The notes under the pieces are model-generated. The model was given only the letters and a program-made list of their open reading frames with translations, had not been told where the DNA came from and did not search any database. A stretch of 64,000 nt of DNA from Methanocaldococcus sp. 16A. Lineage in GTDB: Archaea > AGJL01 > Methanococci > Methanococcales > Methanocaldococcaceae. The translations under genes were made by a program, and so were the position numbers. Location: the NCBI GenBank assembly GCA_049860595.1, contig CP187551.1; one strand, given 5' to 3'. Positions 1 to 10,299 of this stretch are shown here, piece after piece. Every line of letters starts with the position of its first letter. Position 1 is the stretch's first letter.

Positions 1-78
1 ATTACATTTTAATATTCTTTCATATTAATTATATCACTATTTGGTTTAATTGGTTTAATTTTAGTTTATGGTGGAAAT

Positions 79-420
79 ATGGAGGTAAAAGAATTAATGG
101 AAAAAATAATATCCAATAAAATAAAACTCTCACTACTGTGCAGATTTAAATCAATAGAGCAATATAAAAATGAATTATATGAAGATATTGCAGTTAGCCA
201 AATGAAAGATGCTGAGATACTTTATGAAAAATACCTTATGTATATTGGAGAAAAACCAAATATAAAAGTTGAATTAAGTGGGGACATAAAAGAGATTTTA
301 AAAGAAACTATTGAATTAGAGAAAAAACTTATAAAAGAGAGTGGTATGACCTTTGGAATTAGACAGACTACAATTCACTGCCTTACAAGTGATGAAAGAT
401 TCTATTTCTATCTAAAATAA
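79..420 (+). CDS. Hypothetical protein, possibly a degenerate ferritin-like four-helix bundle
   Basis: 113-aa ORF with GGTGG RBS. Helical pattern resembles ferritin-like proteins, but the ExxH motifs appear replaced (QMKDA, DERFY). Confidence 0.5.
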   Translation: MEVKELMEKIISNKIKLSLLCRFKSIEQYKNELYEDIAVSQMKDAEILYEKYLMYIGEKPNIKVELSGDIKEILKETIELEKKLIKESGMTFGIRQTTIHCLTSDERFYFYLK

Positions 421-481
421 AATAAAACCAAAAGTTATTTTTTATTTTTATTTTTTAGATTAAAAACTTTAAGGTGAGATA

Positions 482-1240
482 ATGATGATTGATGCCCACA
501 CACATTTAGATGTTAGGAGTTTTGAGGATTTAGAGAAAATGGCATTATGTGGGATTGAAACAATTATAACCTGTGCCCATGATCCATACAAAATGAGCTC
601 TCCTGATGTCTATTTAGACCATTGGGATAGATTGATTAATTTAGAAGTAAAAAGAGGAAAAATGGCTGGTGTTAATGTTAAAGTAGCAGTTGGAGTTCAT
701 CCTATGGGATATCCAAAGAATTGGATGCCTTTAATAAAAAAACTTCCTGAATTTTTAGAGAATGAGAATGTCGTTGCTATTGGAGAAACCGGATTACATT
801 ATTTAACAGAGGATGAGAAAAACCTTTTAAGAGAGCAGTTGATTTTGGCAAAAGATTACAACATGCCTATAATTATTCACACACCAGAGAAAAATAAGAA
901 AGAAGCATTAATTGAAATTTTAAAGATTTTAGATGAAGTTAAAATAAAGGATGATTTGGTTATGATTGACCACATAAACAAAGAGACAGTAGATTTAATA
1001 GATAGGGATGTTTATGTTGGTTTAACCGTCCAACCATCAATGAAAATAAGCCATGAAGAAGCGGCAGAGATAATAAAGAATTATGACAAAAAATTTATTT
1101 TAAGCAGTGATTTAGGAAGTTTAAAGGCAGATATCTATGCTTTGCCAAGAACTAAGCTATATATGAAAAAAATTGGTGTTGAAGAAGAGAAGATAATTGA
1201 CTCAACTTACAAGAATGCAAAGGAATTTTACAGGTTATAA
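482..1240 (+). CDS. TatD-family metal-dependent hydrolase
   Basis: DAHTH, GVHP, AIGETGL, IIIHTP and SSD motifs. Confidence 0.9.
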   Translation: MMIDAHTHLDVRSFEDLEKMALCGIETIITCAHDPYKMSSPDVYLDHWDRLINLEVKRGKMAGVNVKVAVGVHPMGYPKNWMPLIKKLPEFLENENVVAIGETGLHYLTEDEKNLLREQLILAKDYNMPIIIHTPEKNKKEALIEILKILDEVKIKDDLVMIDHINKETVDLIDRDVYVGLTVQPSMKISHEEAAEIIKNYDKKFILSSDLGSLKADIYALPRTKLYMKKIGVEEEKIIDSTYKNAKEFYRL

Positions 1241-1315
1241 ACAAAATTCTTATTCCATTCATAAATTTGGATATTTTTTAAATATATTAGAACAACAAAA
1301 ATTTTAAGTAAGAAA

Positions 1316-1465
1316 GTGTTAGGGTTTTTTGAGAAGTATCTTTCAATATGTGTAGCGTTGTGTATTGTTCCTTGGATTTTATTGGCTAATTATCTAGTCA
1401 GAGTTCTTGTGGAGGTTCCGTTGATGTTGACACTTTTTTGGATTGCAAATAAGATAAAGTGGTAA
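1316..1465 (+). pseudogene. acr3: Internally deleted Acr3 arsenite exporter relic, N- and C-terminal ends fused in frame
   Basis: Translates as VLGFFEKYLSICVALCIVPWILLANYL (Acr3 N-terminus-like) joined to VRVLVEVPLMLTLFWIANKIKW* (Acr3 C-terminal VEVP motif). Lies directly upstream of arsC. Confidence 0.75.
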
Positions 1466-1477
1466 TTAAGGGAAAAT

Positions 1478-1867
1478 ATGAAGGTTTTATTTGTTTGTAT
1501 TCACAATAAAAGAAGGAGTGTAATGGCAGAGGCGTTTGGGAAGAAATTTGGTTTAAATGCCTTCAGTGCGGGAGTTGAGAGAACTGATGGTATTGATGAG
1601 AAAGTTGTTGAGGTTTTAAAAGAAAAAAATTTAAAGGCAAAAGAAAAGCCCCAAACAATAGATGAAGTTGTTAAAAATGTTGGAGAGTTCGATGTAGTTG
1701 TTACCATGGGATGTTTAAACTCTTGCCCTTATATTCCAGCAAAAAAACATATAAGTTGGAATATTGAAGACCCTACAGGGAAGGATATTGAAGTTTATAG
1801 AAAAATTAGGGATGAGATTGAAGAGAAAGTTAAACAACTTGCAAATTCCATCAAAAAAGATATTTAG
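1478..1867 (+). CDS. arsC: Arsenate reductase, LMW-PTP fold (thioredoxin-type)
   Basis: VLFVCIHNKRRS (CX5R), SAG, TMGC..CP and W.IEDP motifs. Confidence 0.85.
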   Translation: MKVLFVCIHNKRRSVMAEAFGKKFGLNAFSAGVERTDGIDEKVVEVLKEKNLKAKEKPQTIDEVVKNVGEFDVVVTMGCLNSCPYIPAKKHISWNIEDPTGKDIEVYRKIRDEIEEKVKQLANSIKKDI

Positions 1868-1910
1868 TCCATTAAAATTTATTTAAATTTAAATTATTGC
1901 AGGTGATAGT

Positions 1911-2648
1911 ATGAAAGCTATATTTATTTACCACAAAGGTAACGAAAGAATGGAAAAATTCTATAAAAATTTATTAAATGAGCCAGATTTTTGTAGAATT
2001 TGTGATGATTGCTACAACTGCAGAGGGACTTGGAGCTTCAAAGATAATGTAAAAAATATTGTCATTGATGAAGTTTATGAAGAATTTATAGACAACCCTT
2101 ACGATTATCTTCCAGAGCTTCCAGAAGGAGATGTTTGTATAGCTCAATTGCATGAAGATTTATTGTATGAGCTTCCTTTATTGCTAAAAGAAAAAAATTA
2201 CAAAGCTTTAATTGTTCCTTCTGAAACTCCACATGATTTGTCTCCAGCATTAAGGAGAGATTTAAGTAGAGTCTGTAAAGAGTACAATATAGAATTCGAA
2301 AACCCGAAACCATTCTGTTCATTAGAGAAAAAAGAAAATAATGAGTTTATAAACAAATTTATTGACTATTTCAAAATAGGAAAACCTGAATTGAAGATAG
2401 AAGTTGAAGATAATGTTGTTAAAGATGCTAAGGTTAAAATCTCTGCCCCATGTGGAGAGACATATTACATAGCTAAAAGATTGAAAGGAAAAACTATAAA
2501 CGATTTGAAAGAAGAAATTGCAAATGCTCATCATAATTATCCATGTTTGGCAAGTATGGAAATGGATAAAGAGTTAGGAGATACTATTTTACATAAAGCG
2601 GGATATATTGCAATTGAGAGCGTTGAAAAAGCTATAAAAAATAAATAA
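1911..2648 (+). CDS. DUF166-family Cys-rich protein (MJ0757-like, historically called a putative thymidylate synthase)
   Basis: CRICDDCYNC, PKPFCSL, SAPCG, HHNYPCLASM and DTILHKAG motifs. Confidence 0.7.
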   Translation: MKAIFIYHKGNERMEKFYKNLLNEPDFCRICDDCYNCRGTWSFKDNVKNIVIDEVYEEFIDNPYDYLPELPEGDVCIAQLHEDLLYELPLLLKEKNYKALIVPSETPHDLSPALRRDLSRVCKEYNIEFENPKPFCSLEKKENNEFINKFIDYFKIGKPELKIEVEDNVVKDAKVKISAPCGETYYIAKRLKGKTINDLKEEIANAHHNYPCLASMEMDKELGDTILHKAGYIAIESVEKAIKNK

Positions 2649-2770
2649 ATTTTTATTTTTTATGGCTGTGTATTAATTTTTCACAACTTAGTAAATTTTA
2701 TATATTTGTTTTATTATTATATATGTAGTGAAAAAAATACATATACTACAACCACACTTCAGGTGAAAGA

Positions 2771-3184
2771 ATGAAGAAAGTATTATTAGCAATATTGGGA
2801 ATTGCATTAATGGGAGTAGTTTTTGCCTTTCCACCATGGATGAATATGCAAACTACTGAAAATATAGATATAAATCCAACAGATATTTTAAAAACTGCAA
2901 ATATAGTTAATTATACAACACCATTTGGCTACAACATCTCCCTCATAGAAATAAATGGGCAGATAGTTGGAGTTTTATGGAAAGATGTTGATTTGAGCAA
3001 ATTAGAGATTGGAGAACCATTCAATACACCATTTGGTGAGAAGTATCCTTTATACTACGATGGAGAGTTAGTTGGATTTGTATTTACCAACCATCCAAGT
3101 TACTATCATGGGTATGGAATGATGAGAGGATACGGATACCCTAACTGCCCTTGTGGATGTTATTGTGGATGTTATGGACAATAA
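2771..3184 (+). CDS. Secreted protein with two TPFG repeats and a Cys/Gly/Tyr-rich tail
   Basis: Signal peptide MKKVLLAILG..VFA; internal duplication; C-terminus CPCGCYCGC. Confidence 0.7.
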   Translation: MKKVLLAILGIALMGVVFAFPPWMNMQTTENIDINPTDILKTANIVNYTTPFGYNISLIEINGQIVGVLWKDVDLSKLEIGEPFNTPFGEKYPLYYDGELVGFVFTNHPSYYHGYGMMRGYGYPNCPCGCYCGCYGQ

Positions 3185-3392
3185 TAAAAGTGATATGAAA
3201 ATATAACGTGTAAATCAGATATCTTTCATTTCTCTTTTCATTTCATTCTTAATTTTATTGAAACTCTATGAAAAACAGTTATCTATCCTTTTGGAGTTAA
3301 AATTTTCTATTACATAACAATGAATGAATATCAGTATAAATCAAAGTTAAATTTAAATAATATTTAAACAATATATTTTTTAGGGTGATAAC

Positions 3393-4409
3393 ATGTGGAA
3401 AAAATTGATATTACTATTACTAATGGCAATTCCAATGGTTTCTGCAACAGATGTGATTTTAGTAAGTGATAATTGTGCAGACCAATGCACAGCTTTAGAA
3501 GTAGCAAATGCGTTAAATGCAACGGTAATAACAACCGAGTGGGGGATTTACAACGAAAGCTTAGTTAATGAAATATTAGCTTTAAACCCTAATAAAGTAA
3601 TAATTATTGGAGGTCCTTTGGCTGTAGCTGAAAATTATACAACTGCATTAGAAAATGCAGGAATAACTGTTGAGAGAATTGGTGGACAAACAAGGTATGA
3701 AACTAATGCAAATGTTACATTAAGATTCCAAAATCAATTCAGATATGCTTATGGAAATAATACAACTGCATATGTATGCCACGGATTTGATGATATTGCA
3801 TTAAATGAAACAATGGAAAGAATAAGAAATGGAACATGTTTAGTTTTATTAACTAATGGAGTAAATTTAACTGTTGAACCTGAAAGATTACAATTAAGAA
3901 TAAACAAAATAGAAGTTGTTGAAAATCCATTCTGCCCATTCTGCAACCATTCAGCATTGGTACTGAAATTACAAAGAAAAGGTCTAAATGTTGAAATTAA
4001 TAAGATTCCAGAAGATAGAGTTAAATTAATGTTACAAAATAGAATAAAAATAATGGAAAGAAGAATCCTTATGTTAAAAAGAATGGGAATCAATGTTAGC
4101 GACTTAGAAGAAAAGTTGAAAGAAGTTGAAGAATTAATGAACCAAAATAGATACCAAGATGCATACAGAATAATGATTCAATTGAATGGAGAACAGATGG
4201 CTATGGTTAAATTGCACTTACATCCAATGGGTCATGGATTGGGTATAAGCAATACAATGGGAGGAAACGCTCCTCATGTCTATCATCAAAATGGTAATAC
4301 CTCACAAATAGGTATTGGAAATGCAAATGCCCCTCATATCTATCATCAGAATAATGATACAGAAATGGGAAATGTAAATGCGCCTCATTTATATAACAAA
4401 AACCAATAA
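3393..4409 (+). CDS. Secreted cell-wall-binding-repeat-2-like protein with a His-containing repeat tail
   Basis: Signal peptide; VIIIGGPLAV and RIGGQTRYET motifs; three NAPH(V/I/L)Y repeats. Confidence 0.75.
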   Translation: MWKKLILLLLMAIPMVSATDVILVSDNCADQCTALEVANALNATVITTEWGIYNESLVNEILALNPNKVIIIGGPLAVAENYTTALENAGITVERIGGQTRYETNANVTLRFQNQFRYAYGNNTTAYVCHGFDDIALNETMERIRNGTCLVLLTNGVNLTVEPERLQLRINKIEVVENPFCPFCNHSALVLKLQRKGLNVEINKIPEDRVKLMLQNRIKIMERRILMLKRMGINVSDLEEKLKEVEELMNQNRYQDAYRIMIQLNGEQMAMVKLHLHPMGHGLGISNTMGGNAPHVYHQNGNTSQIGIGNANAPHIYHQNNDTEMGNVNAPHLYNKNQ

Positions 4410-4497
4410 ATTAACATATTTTATTTTTTTATTATTTTTTTATGGATGCGGTTGTTAATACAACTGTCCCAACCTTTAAAATAATTAAGGTGAAATC

Positions 4498-5235
4498 ATG
4501 AAAAACATGATAAAATTAACTTTCATATCATTAATAGCTTCAATAGTTCTTTTAACAGGATGTGTAACTCAAAATACAGAAAATACCAACATGCAAAATA
4601 ACCAAATTGATTATCAAAGCCAAATTGATATGGGAAAAGGAAAAATAGTAGGAAATAATGGAAATATAAATGTCAGTTTAATCTGTAAAGACATTGATGC
4701 TCTACCAAAACAGCCAATAAGTGAAGAAGAAAAAGAAGGTTTAATTGAAATGAGGGAAGAAGAAAAATTGGCTAGGGATGTTTATTTAACCTTATACCAC
4801 AAGTGGGGGTTGCAAATATTCAAAAATATTGCTGAAAGTGAGCAAACTCATATGGATTCAGTTAAATATCTCTTAGATAAATACAATATTCCGGATCCTG
4901 TTAAAAGTGATGAGGTTGGAAAATTCTCAAATCCAAAATTTGAAGAACTTTATAATAAGTTAGTTGAGCAGGGTAGCAAATCTGTTGTTGATGCGTTAAA
5001 AGTTGGAGCAACTATTGAGGACTTGGATATTGCTGATTTAGAACATTGGATAAGTAAAACAGATAATGAAGATATAAAATTTGTTTATGAAAACTTAATG
5101 AAAGGTTCAAGAAACCACATGAGGGCTTTTGTTAGTATGTTAGAAAGATATGGAGCAAATTACACCCCACAGTATATAAGTAAGGAAGAATTTGAGCAAA
5201 TAATAAGTAGTTCAATGGAGAGAGGAAATAGGTGA
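4498..5235 (+). CDS. DUF2202 ferritin-like lipoprotein
   Basis: Lipobox-like LLTGC; [20 protein letters not shown] and GSRNHMRAF diiron-type motifs. Confidence 0.85.
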   Translation: MKNMIKLTFISLIASIVLLTGCVTQNTENTNMQNNQIDYQSQIDMGKGKIVGNNGNINVSLICKDIDALPKQPISEEEKEGLIEMREEEKLARDVYLTLYHKWGLQIFKNIAESEQTHMDSVKYLLDKYNIPDPVKSDEVGKFSNPKFEELYNKLVEQGSKSVVDALKVGATIEDLDIADLEHWISKTDNEDIKFVYENLMKGSRNHMRAFVSMLERYGANYTPQYISKEEFEQIISSSMERGNR

Positions 5236-5870
5236 AGAATATGAAGAAGTTATTTACTATTTTTTTACTTTTTACTCTTTTTACTTTTTTAAGTTTATCT
5301 TTTGCATGGGATGACTGTCCTTTTGGAAGAGTGAATTGTACATATCCAGGAGAATGTGGAAGATATATTGATACAAATAATAATGGAATTTGCAACCATA
5401 GTGAGCCAGCTCCTACATCCTTAGAAAATCCAAATATAGAAAATAATAACATAAATAACACAAATGTAGAATTAACAGAGGAATTAATTGATGAATATGT
5501 CAATATATCCGGAAAAGAATTAAAATTATACACCATAAAAGAAATTTGCGATAAATATGGCATAAATCCAAACTGTTTAAAAGAAAAGTTAAAAATTAAT
5601 GTTCCTGAAGATACAACATTTGATGAGATAAAAAAGACTTATGGAATTTCACCAAGTGATGTTAAAAAAGCAATTGTTGAGTGTATGATTGAAGAAGGTA
5701 AAATTAAATTAAATATAACTCAAAATAAAAATATATCAAATTTAAACAACAACTTAGATAATAAAAATAGTTCTATTATAGATAAAATAATATCCTTTCT
5801 ATTCTCAACAATAAACCTAAGAGACCTATTATTTGGGTGTGGTTATAAATGGATAAAATACAGACATTAA
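5232..5870 (+). CDS. Secreted Cys-motif hypothetical protein
   Basis: Signal peptide followed by [32 protein letters not shown]. Confidence 0.7.
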   Translation: MKNMKKLFTIFLLFTLFTFLSLSFAWDDCPFGRVNCTYPGECGRYIDTNNNGICNHSEPAPTSLENPNIENNNINNTNVELTEELIDEYVNISGKELKLYTIKEICDKYGINPNCLKEKLKINVPEDTTFDEIKKTYGISPSDVKKAIVECMIEEGKIKLNITQNKNISNLNNNLDNKNSSIIDKIISFLFSTINLRDLLFGCGYKWIKYRH

Positions 5871-6565
5871 GAAAAATCTCCCAAATATTCTTTTTTGTTT
5901 ATTTTGTTTTTTTAGTGAGTTTTTGTTTATGCTTCTTTGGAGTAATTGAAAAATTTGTTTTAAAAGGAAGTATAGGAGAGTTAATTTTTAAGTTAATTGT
6001 TATTATTGCCTTAACTTCAATATTTGGGAGAGTATTTTGTGGCTGGATGTGTCCATTGGGTTTTTTATTTGAATTATCTTACAAGTTGAGAGTAAAGTTG
6101 TTTAAAACAAAAAAACTACCTACAGTTAATGAAAACATCCACAAAAAATTAATTTATCTAAAATATGTGGTATTAATTGTTTCCTTAATTTTAACATACT
6201 ATCTTTCAACTTACGCATTTTGTAAAGTATGTCCAATTGGATTTTTAACAAATCTCTATGGAACAGTTATATCTTTTATAATATTAATTATCTTTATAAT
6301 TGCCTCTTTCTTTATTCCAATGGCATTTTGTAGATACTTTTGCCCATTAGGTGCATTTTTATCAATATTTTCTATAAAGCCAATATTTCAACTAAAAACA
6401 AATAATAACTGTGTTAAATGTAAGCTCTGTGAGTTTAAATGTCCAATGCAAATAAAAATAACAAAAAAAATTAACCAAATGGAGTGTATAAGATGCTTTG
6501 AATGTAAAAGTGGATGTAAAAAAGGAGGTTTATCATTTTCGCACATCTTCAAAAAGAATGATTAA
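5849..6565 (+). CDS. Membrane 4Fe-4S protein, NapH/MauN-like
   Basis: [18 protein letters not shown] and FCRYFCP motifs; two CxxCxxCxxxC ferredoxin motifs; TM helices. Confidence 0.85.
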   Translation: MDKIQTLRKISQIFFFVYFVFLVSFCLCFFGVIEKFVLKGSIGELIFKLIVIIALTSIFGRVFCGWMCPLGFLFELSYKLRVKLFKTKKLPTVNENIHKKLIYLKYVVLIVSLILTYYLSTYAFCKVCPIGFLTNLYGTVISFIILIIFIIASFFIPMAFCRYFCPLGAFLSIFSIKPIFQLKTNNNCVKCKLCEFKCPMQIKITKKINQMECIRCFECKSGCKKGGLSFSHIFKKND

Positions 6566-6718
6566 TAAAAATCTTTTTATTTTTTATGAATAATTATGCA
6601 CTATTTTTATTTATGAAGATTAATTATTATTCTCTCTATTTTAAAATATTTGACTAAAAATATTTTTATATTTTGGATTTCAAAATTTATTAATAATACA
6701 GAATTTTCAGGTGGTATT

Positions 6719-7396
6719 ATGTTCAAAATCCAAATATTTAGAAAAATCTCCCAAACATTCTTTTTTATTAGAGCTTTAATAGTTACAGGTTTTTATTTGA
6801 GTATAATAAGCTTTGTTGGAGGATTTATTTTAGGAAAAGGAGCATATACAAACTTAAGGATTGTTGCAGTAATATTAGCAATCATTGCTGGAAGAATATT
6901 TTGTGGATGGATGTGTCCATTTGGATTTCTGTTTGATTTAGTTTATCAAACAAGAGTAAAAATCTTTAAATTAAAAAAATTACCAACTATGCCAGAACAT
7001 ATACACCACACATTGAAATATTTTAAGTATTTTGTGTTAGTTTTAGTGATTGTATTAGCCTATGTGTTTGGAACTGATATATTTTTTAATTCATATGCAT
7101 TAGCTTATTTATTATTGGCTTTATTTTTAGTTTTAGGATTTATTTATCCAAGATTTTTCTGTAAATATGTCTGTCCTGTTGGAGCTTTATTAAGTATATT
7201 TGCAAAATTTTCAATATTCAGACTAAAACTTAATAAAAATAAATGTACAGGTTGTAGATTATGTGAATTTAAATGCCCGATGCAAATAAAAATTGCAAAT
7301 GTAGATAAGATAGACCAGATGGAGTGTATAAGATGTTTTGAATGCATGAGTGCATGTAGAAAAAAATCACTAACTTTCTCACCTTTCTTTAAATAA
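6719..7396 (+). CDS. Membrane 4Fe-4S protein, NapH/MauN-like (tandem paralog)
   Basis: Same motifs as the upstream gene. Start placed at ATG 6719 after a GGTGGT RBS (ORF track starts at 6650). Confidence 0.85.
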   Translation: MFKIQIFRKISQTFFFIRALIVTGFYLSIISFVGGFILGKGAYTNLRIVAVILAIIAGRIFCGWMCPFGFLFDLVYQTRVKIFKLKKLPTMPEHIHHTLKYFKYFVLVLVIVLAYVFGTDIFFNSYALAYLLLALFLVLGFIYPRFFCKYVCPVGALLSIFAKFSIFRLKLNKNKCTGCRLCEFKCPMQIKIANVDKIDQMECIRCFECMSACRKKSLTFSPFFK

Positions 7397-7438
7397 AATA
7401 ACTCATTTAAAAAAGTTAAATATTAAATTATACAATAT

Positions 7439-7771
7439 TTAAAAGACCACTAAATTCCCTAATGCTAATATAATTAGCATCCCCATTAATGCTAAATGAG
7501 CTGAATAGATTCCAGTATTTTGGAATTGGGTTTTTAATATATTACATATTGTATTACATAATGTTAAAGGAGTTATTATTTGGAAAGCTATTGCTAAATA
7601 TCCAACTATATTGCTATCTACGAATAATGAAGCTAAAGTTAATATAAAGGCTATTATTAAAGACGCGAAATGTGGCATTAATCTCATTCCTGTTAATCTA
7701 AATGTAGCAAATCCAGAAAGCATTGCACCAAATATTATTGATAAGGAAACCAATGTTACTACATCATTCAT
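7439..7771 (-). CDS. Small multi-TM membrane protein
   Basis: Hydrophobic ORF; GGTGAT RBS before ATG 7771 (ORF track extends to 7825). Confidence 0.7.
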   Translation of the reverse strand: MNDVVTLVSLSIIFGAMLSGFATFRLTGMRLMPHFASLIIAFILTLASLFVDSNIVGYLAIAFQIITPLTLCNTICNILKTQFQNTGIYSAHLALMGMLIILALGNLVVF

Positions 7772-7931
7772 TTTAATCACCTTCAATATTTTTAAAAATT
7801 TTTTATAAGCTATTTTCTTTAGCATTGCACAGTTCTTATCCTAATACTTCAAACAGAGGATGAAAGATAGATAAATAGATAGAAATGACTTTTCTAACCC
7901 TCCCCCACTACAACTATACATTTTTTTATAC

Positions 7932-8753
7932 TTACAACCATACAGGTCTAACATTTGGCTTTGATAGATAGTTTAAGAATGTTGGAGCTCCTGCAATCTC
8001 AAATCCATCTTCTAAGTTATTTTCATTAATTCCTCTAAACTGTGCACTTAACTCACAAACATATACTTTTACTCCTCTTTTTAGAATGTCTCTAACTAAA
8101 TCTCCAAGTTTTGGAAATGCAGGATGTTTAACTTTGTCACATTCTCCTTTTAAACCTAAGCTTGCTCCATCCATCATTAAGAATATTGTTGGCTTTAAGT
8201 TCATTTTTAAAGCAACATCTGCCATCATAAATGTTGCATAAGCCTTTTCAGCGTTTCCTGTTCCTGTTGTATTAATGATGAAGAGCTCATCAATTTTTGT
8301 TATTGCTGCTGCTTTTTCTTCTTTCTTTTCTCCTTTCTTAACCAATATTCTGTAAGTTCCATCTCCTTTATCTTCAACTTTTATTATTTCATTACCCATT
8401 CCTTTTAATCCTTCTGTTAAATCAGTTAAGGCATTTTTTCCACAGATAATCTCTAAAACTTCCCCATTCTTCATTTTTGATAACATGTCAGAGACCATCA
8501 TTATAGGTCCTGGACATGTAGCTCCTACAACGTTAATAGTTTTATCTGCTTTAATTTCCCCAACATAGATTTTAACTACATTTCCATCAACTTCATACTT
8601 TAAGTTGTATTTTTTCATTAAATTTTCAATATCTTTTATTTGCTCTTCCCCATCGGTTTCAACAACTAAAATTCCATCTTTTGTATCACTTAAAATCATG
8701 TCTATTAATAAAGAAGGACTTCTTAACCCTTTAACTTTAAACTTTCTTATCAT
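7932..8753 (-). CDS. TusA/SirA + DsrE-family sulfur-relay fusion protein
   Basis: GATCPGP TusA motif; C-terminal DsrE-like IFLMMDG and VYVCELSA. Confidence 0.85.
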   Translation of the reverse strand: MIRKFKVKGLRSPSLLIDMILSDTKDGILVVETDGEEQIKDIENLMKKYNLKYEVDGNVVKIYVGEIKADKTINVVGATCPGPIMMVSDMLSKMKNGEVLEIICGKNALTDLTEGLKGMGNEIIKVEDKGDGTYRILVKKGEKKEEKAAAITKIDELFIINTTGTGNAEKAYATFMMADVALKMNLKPTIFLMMDGASLGLKGECDKVKHPAFPKLGDLVRDILKRGVKVYVCELSAQFRGINENNLEDGFEIAGAPTFLNYLSKPNVRPVWL

Positions 8754-9005
8754 TTACACCACCCCTAATAATCATAAGACAATTTTATGGAAGGTAAGAT
8801 ATTCATAGTTGTGTATTACCTACGAACAAACATTATGTACTACCACATATATAAACTTTTCGATTTTACAGTATATAAACTTTTGTTATTTTCACATAGA
8901 TTTTTGACATAATTTTTATGATAAATTTATCAATATTTAATAACATAGTTTTATATACAAACAAGATATATAGTTAATACACAATCACACACAACCAGTG
9001 ATATA

Positions 9006-9368
9006 ATGAAAAAGTACATACTATCTATATTAACATTCATTTCCATTGGAATTTTATTTTGTGGATGTATAAATATTAATGAAAACGTAAAAAATAAAAA
9101 ATTTGATTTTAATGGAACATGTATCGTCGAATTTACTGCTGAGTGGTGTGGCTATTGTAAAAAATTAGAACCAACAATTGAAGAATTAGAAAAAGAAGGA
9201 TATAAAGTGATTAAAATAGATATTGATAAGAATAAGGATATTGCTGAAAAATATGGAATTAGGGCTGTGCCAACAATATTTTATGTAAAAGATGGAAAAA
9301 TAATTGATGTAACAGTTGGATATAATCCAGAAGAGATAAGAGAAAAAGCAAAACAGTTAAAGGTATAA
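9006..9368 (+). CDS. Thioredoxin with N-terminal lipoprotein/signal peptide
   Basis: WCGYC active site, cis-Pro AVPT, LFCGC lipobox-like sequence. Confidence 0.9.
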   Translation: MKKYILSILTFISIGILFCGCININENVKNKKFDFNGTCIVEFTAEWCGYCKKLEPTIEELEKEGYKVIKIDIDKNKDIAEKYGIRAVPTIFYVKDGKIIDVTVGYNPEEIREKAKQLKV

Positions 9369-9378
9369 ATGTGGGAAT

Positions 9379-10023
9379 ATGGATTTACTTTTAATTTTTT
9401 TATCTGGGATTTTTACGGCTTTAGGACCGTGTGTTTTAAGTATTTTGCCGATATCTCTTGCATACACTTTTAGCATATCAAATAATAAAAAAGATGGGTT
9501 TTTTGTGTCACTATTTTTTGTTTTAGGGTTAGCAACAATATTTAGTATTTTAGGTGTTTTATTTTCACTATTTGGTTCAGTATTTAATTTATATAGATTA
9601 AAGTTTATTGCTGGAATTTTAGCAATTATTTTTGGAGTTTTGATGATTCTAAACTATAACATAAAAATCTTTAATTTTAGTGCTAAAGGAAAAATCTGGA
9701 ATAAAGCTCTTTATGTGATAAATAAAAATAGAAAATTTAAATATTTAAGTTCTTTTTTATTTGGTTTCTGTTATGGAGTTTTAGCAAATACATGTGCAGA
9801 CCCTGTTTTAGTTAGCATTTTATCATATATTTCAACAAAAGGTGATATATTATATGGATTTTTTGCATTATTTGTTTATGCAATTGGTTTTGGTATTCCA
9901 ATAATTATATTAAGCTCTTTAGGTGTTGAAGGAAAAGAGATATTATCAAAAATTAATCCTAAAATAGTAAATCTTATATCAGGGACAATATTAATACTAC
10001 TGGGAATTTGGATTCTAATCTAA
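9379..10023 (+). CDS. ccdA: CcdA/DsbD-type transmembrane disulfide reductant carrier
   Basis: GPCVLSILP and TCADPVL Cys motifs; about six TM helices. Confidence 0.85.
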   Translation: MDLLLIFLSGIFTALGPCVLSILPISLAYTFSISNNKKDGFFVSLFFVLGLATIFSILGVLFSLFGSVFNLYRLKFIAGILAIIFGVLMILNYNIKIFNFSAKGKIWNKALYVINKNRKFKYLSSFLFGFCYGVLANTCADPVLVSILSYISTKGDILYGFFALFVYAIGFGIPIIILSSLGVEGKEILSKINPKIVNLISGTILILLGIWILI

Positions 10024-10061
10024 AGTTTTTAATATTGCAAAAATTTAATATAATGGAATTA

Positions 10062-10176
10062 TATAGCTTTGTGCAAAATAAAATAAACATTAAAAAGGAA
10101 AAATTTGAATGCCTTCCTTTTGGAAGGCATTCTTTAATGCCTTATTTTATTTAAGATACTTTTGCACAAAGCTATA
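10062..10176. repeat. Palindromic intergenic repeat, family A copy 1
   Basis: Perfect 17-bp terminal IR TATAGCTTTGTGCAAAA/TTTTGCACAAAGCTATA; central hairpin GAATGCCTTCC-TTTT-GGAAGGCATTC (10107-10132). Confidence 0.9.
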
Positions 10177-10272
10177 ATAGGACTTTCGCAGGAAATAAAT
10201 ACAACAATGACCTTTGATGCCTTTTAGGCATCTGAATTCCTTAAAATAATATATAAACTGCAAAAGTCCTAT
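10177..10272. repeat. Palindromic intergenic repeat, family B copy 1 (MJRE-like)
   Basis: Terminal IR ATAGGACTTTCGCAG/CTGCAAAAGTCCTAT; central hairpin GATGCCT-TTT-AGGCATC. Confidence 0.85.
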
Positions 10273-10299
10273 AAATTAACTGCCCAAAAATATGTAGAT

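Noticed and set aside
7826-7931. Slightly GC-richer intergenic stretch with GATAGATA repeats
   Set aside because: No convincing RNA structure, box motifs or protein similarity.
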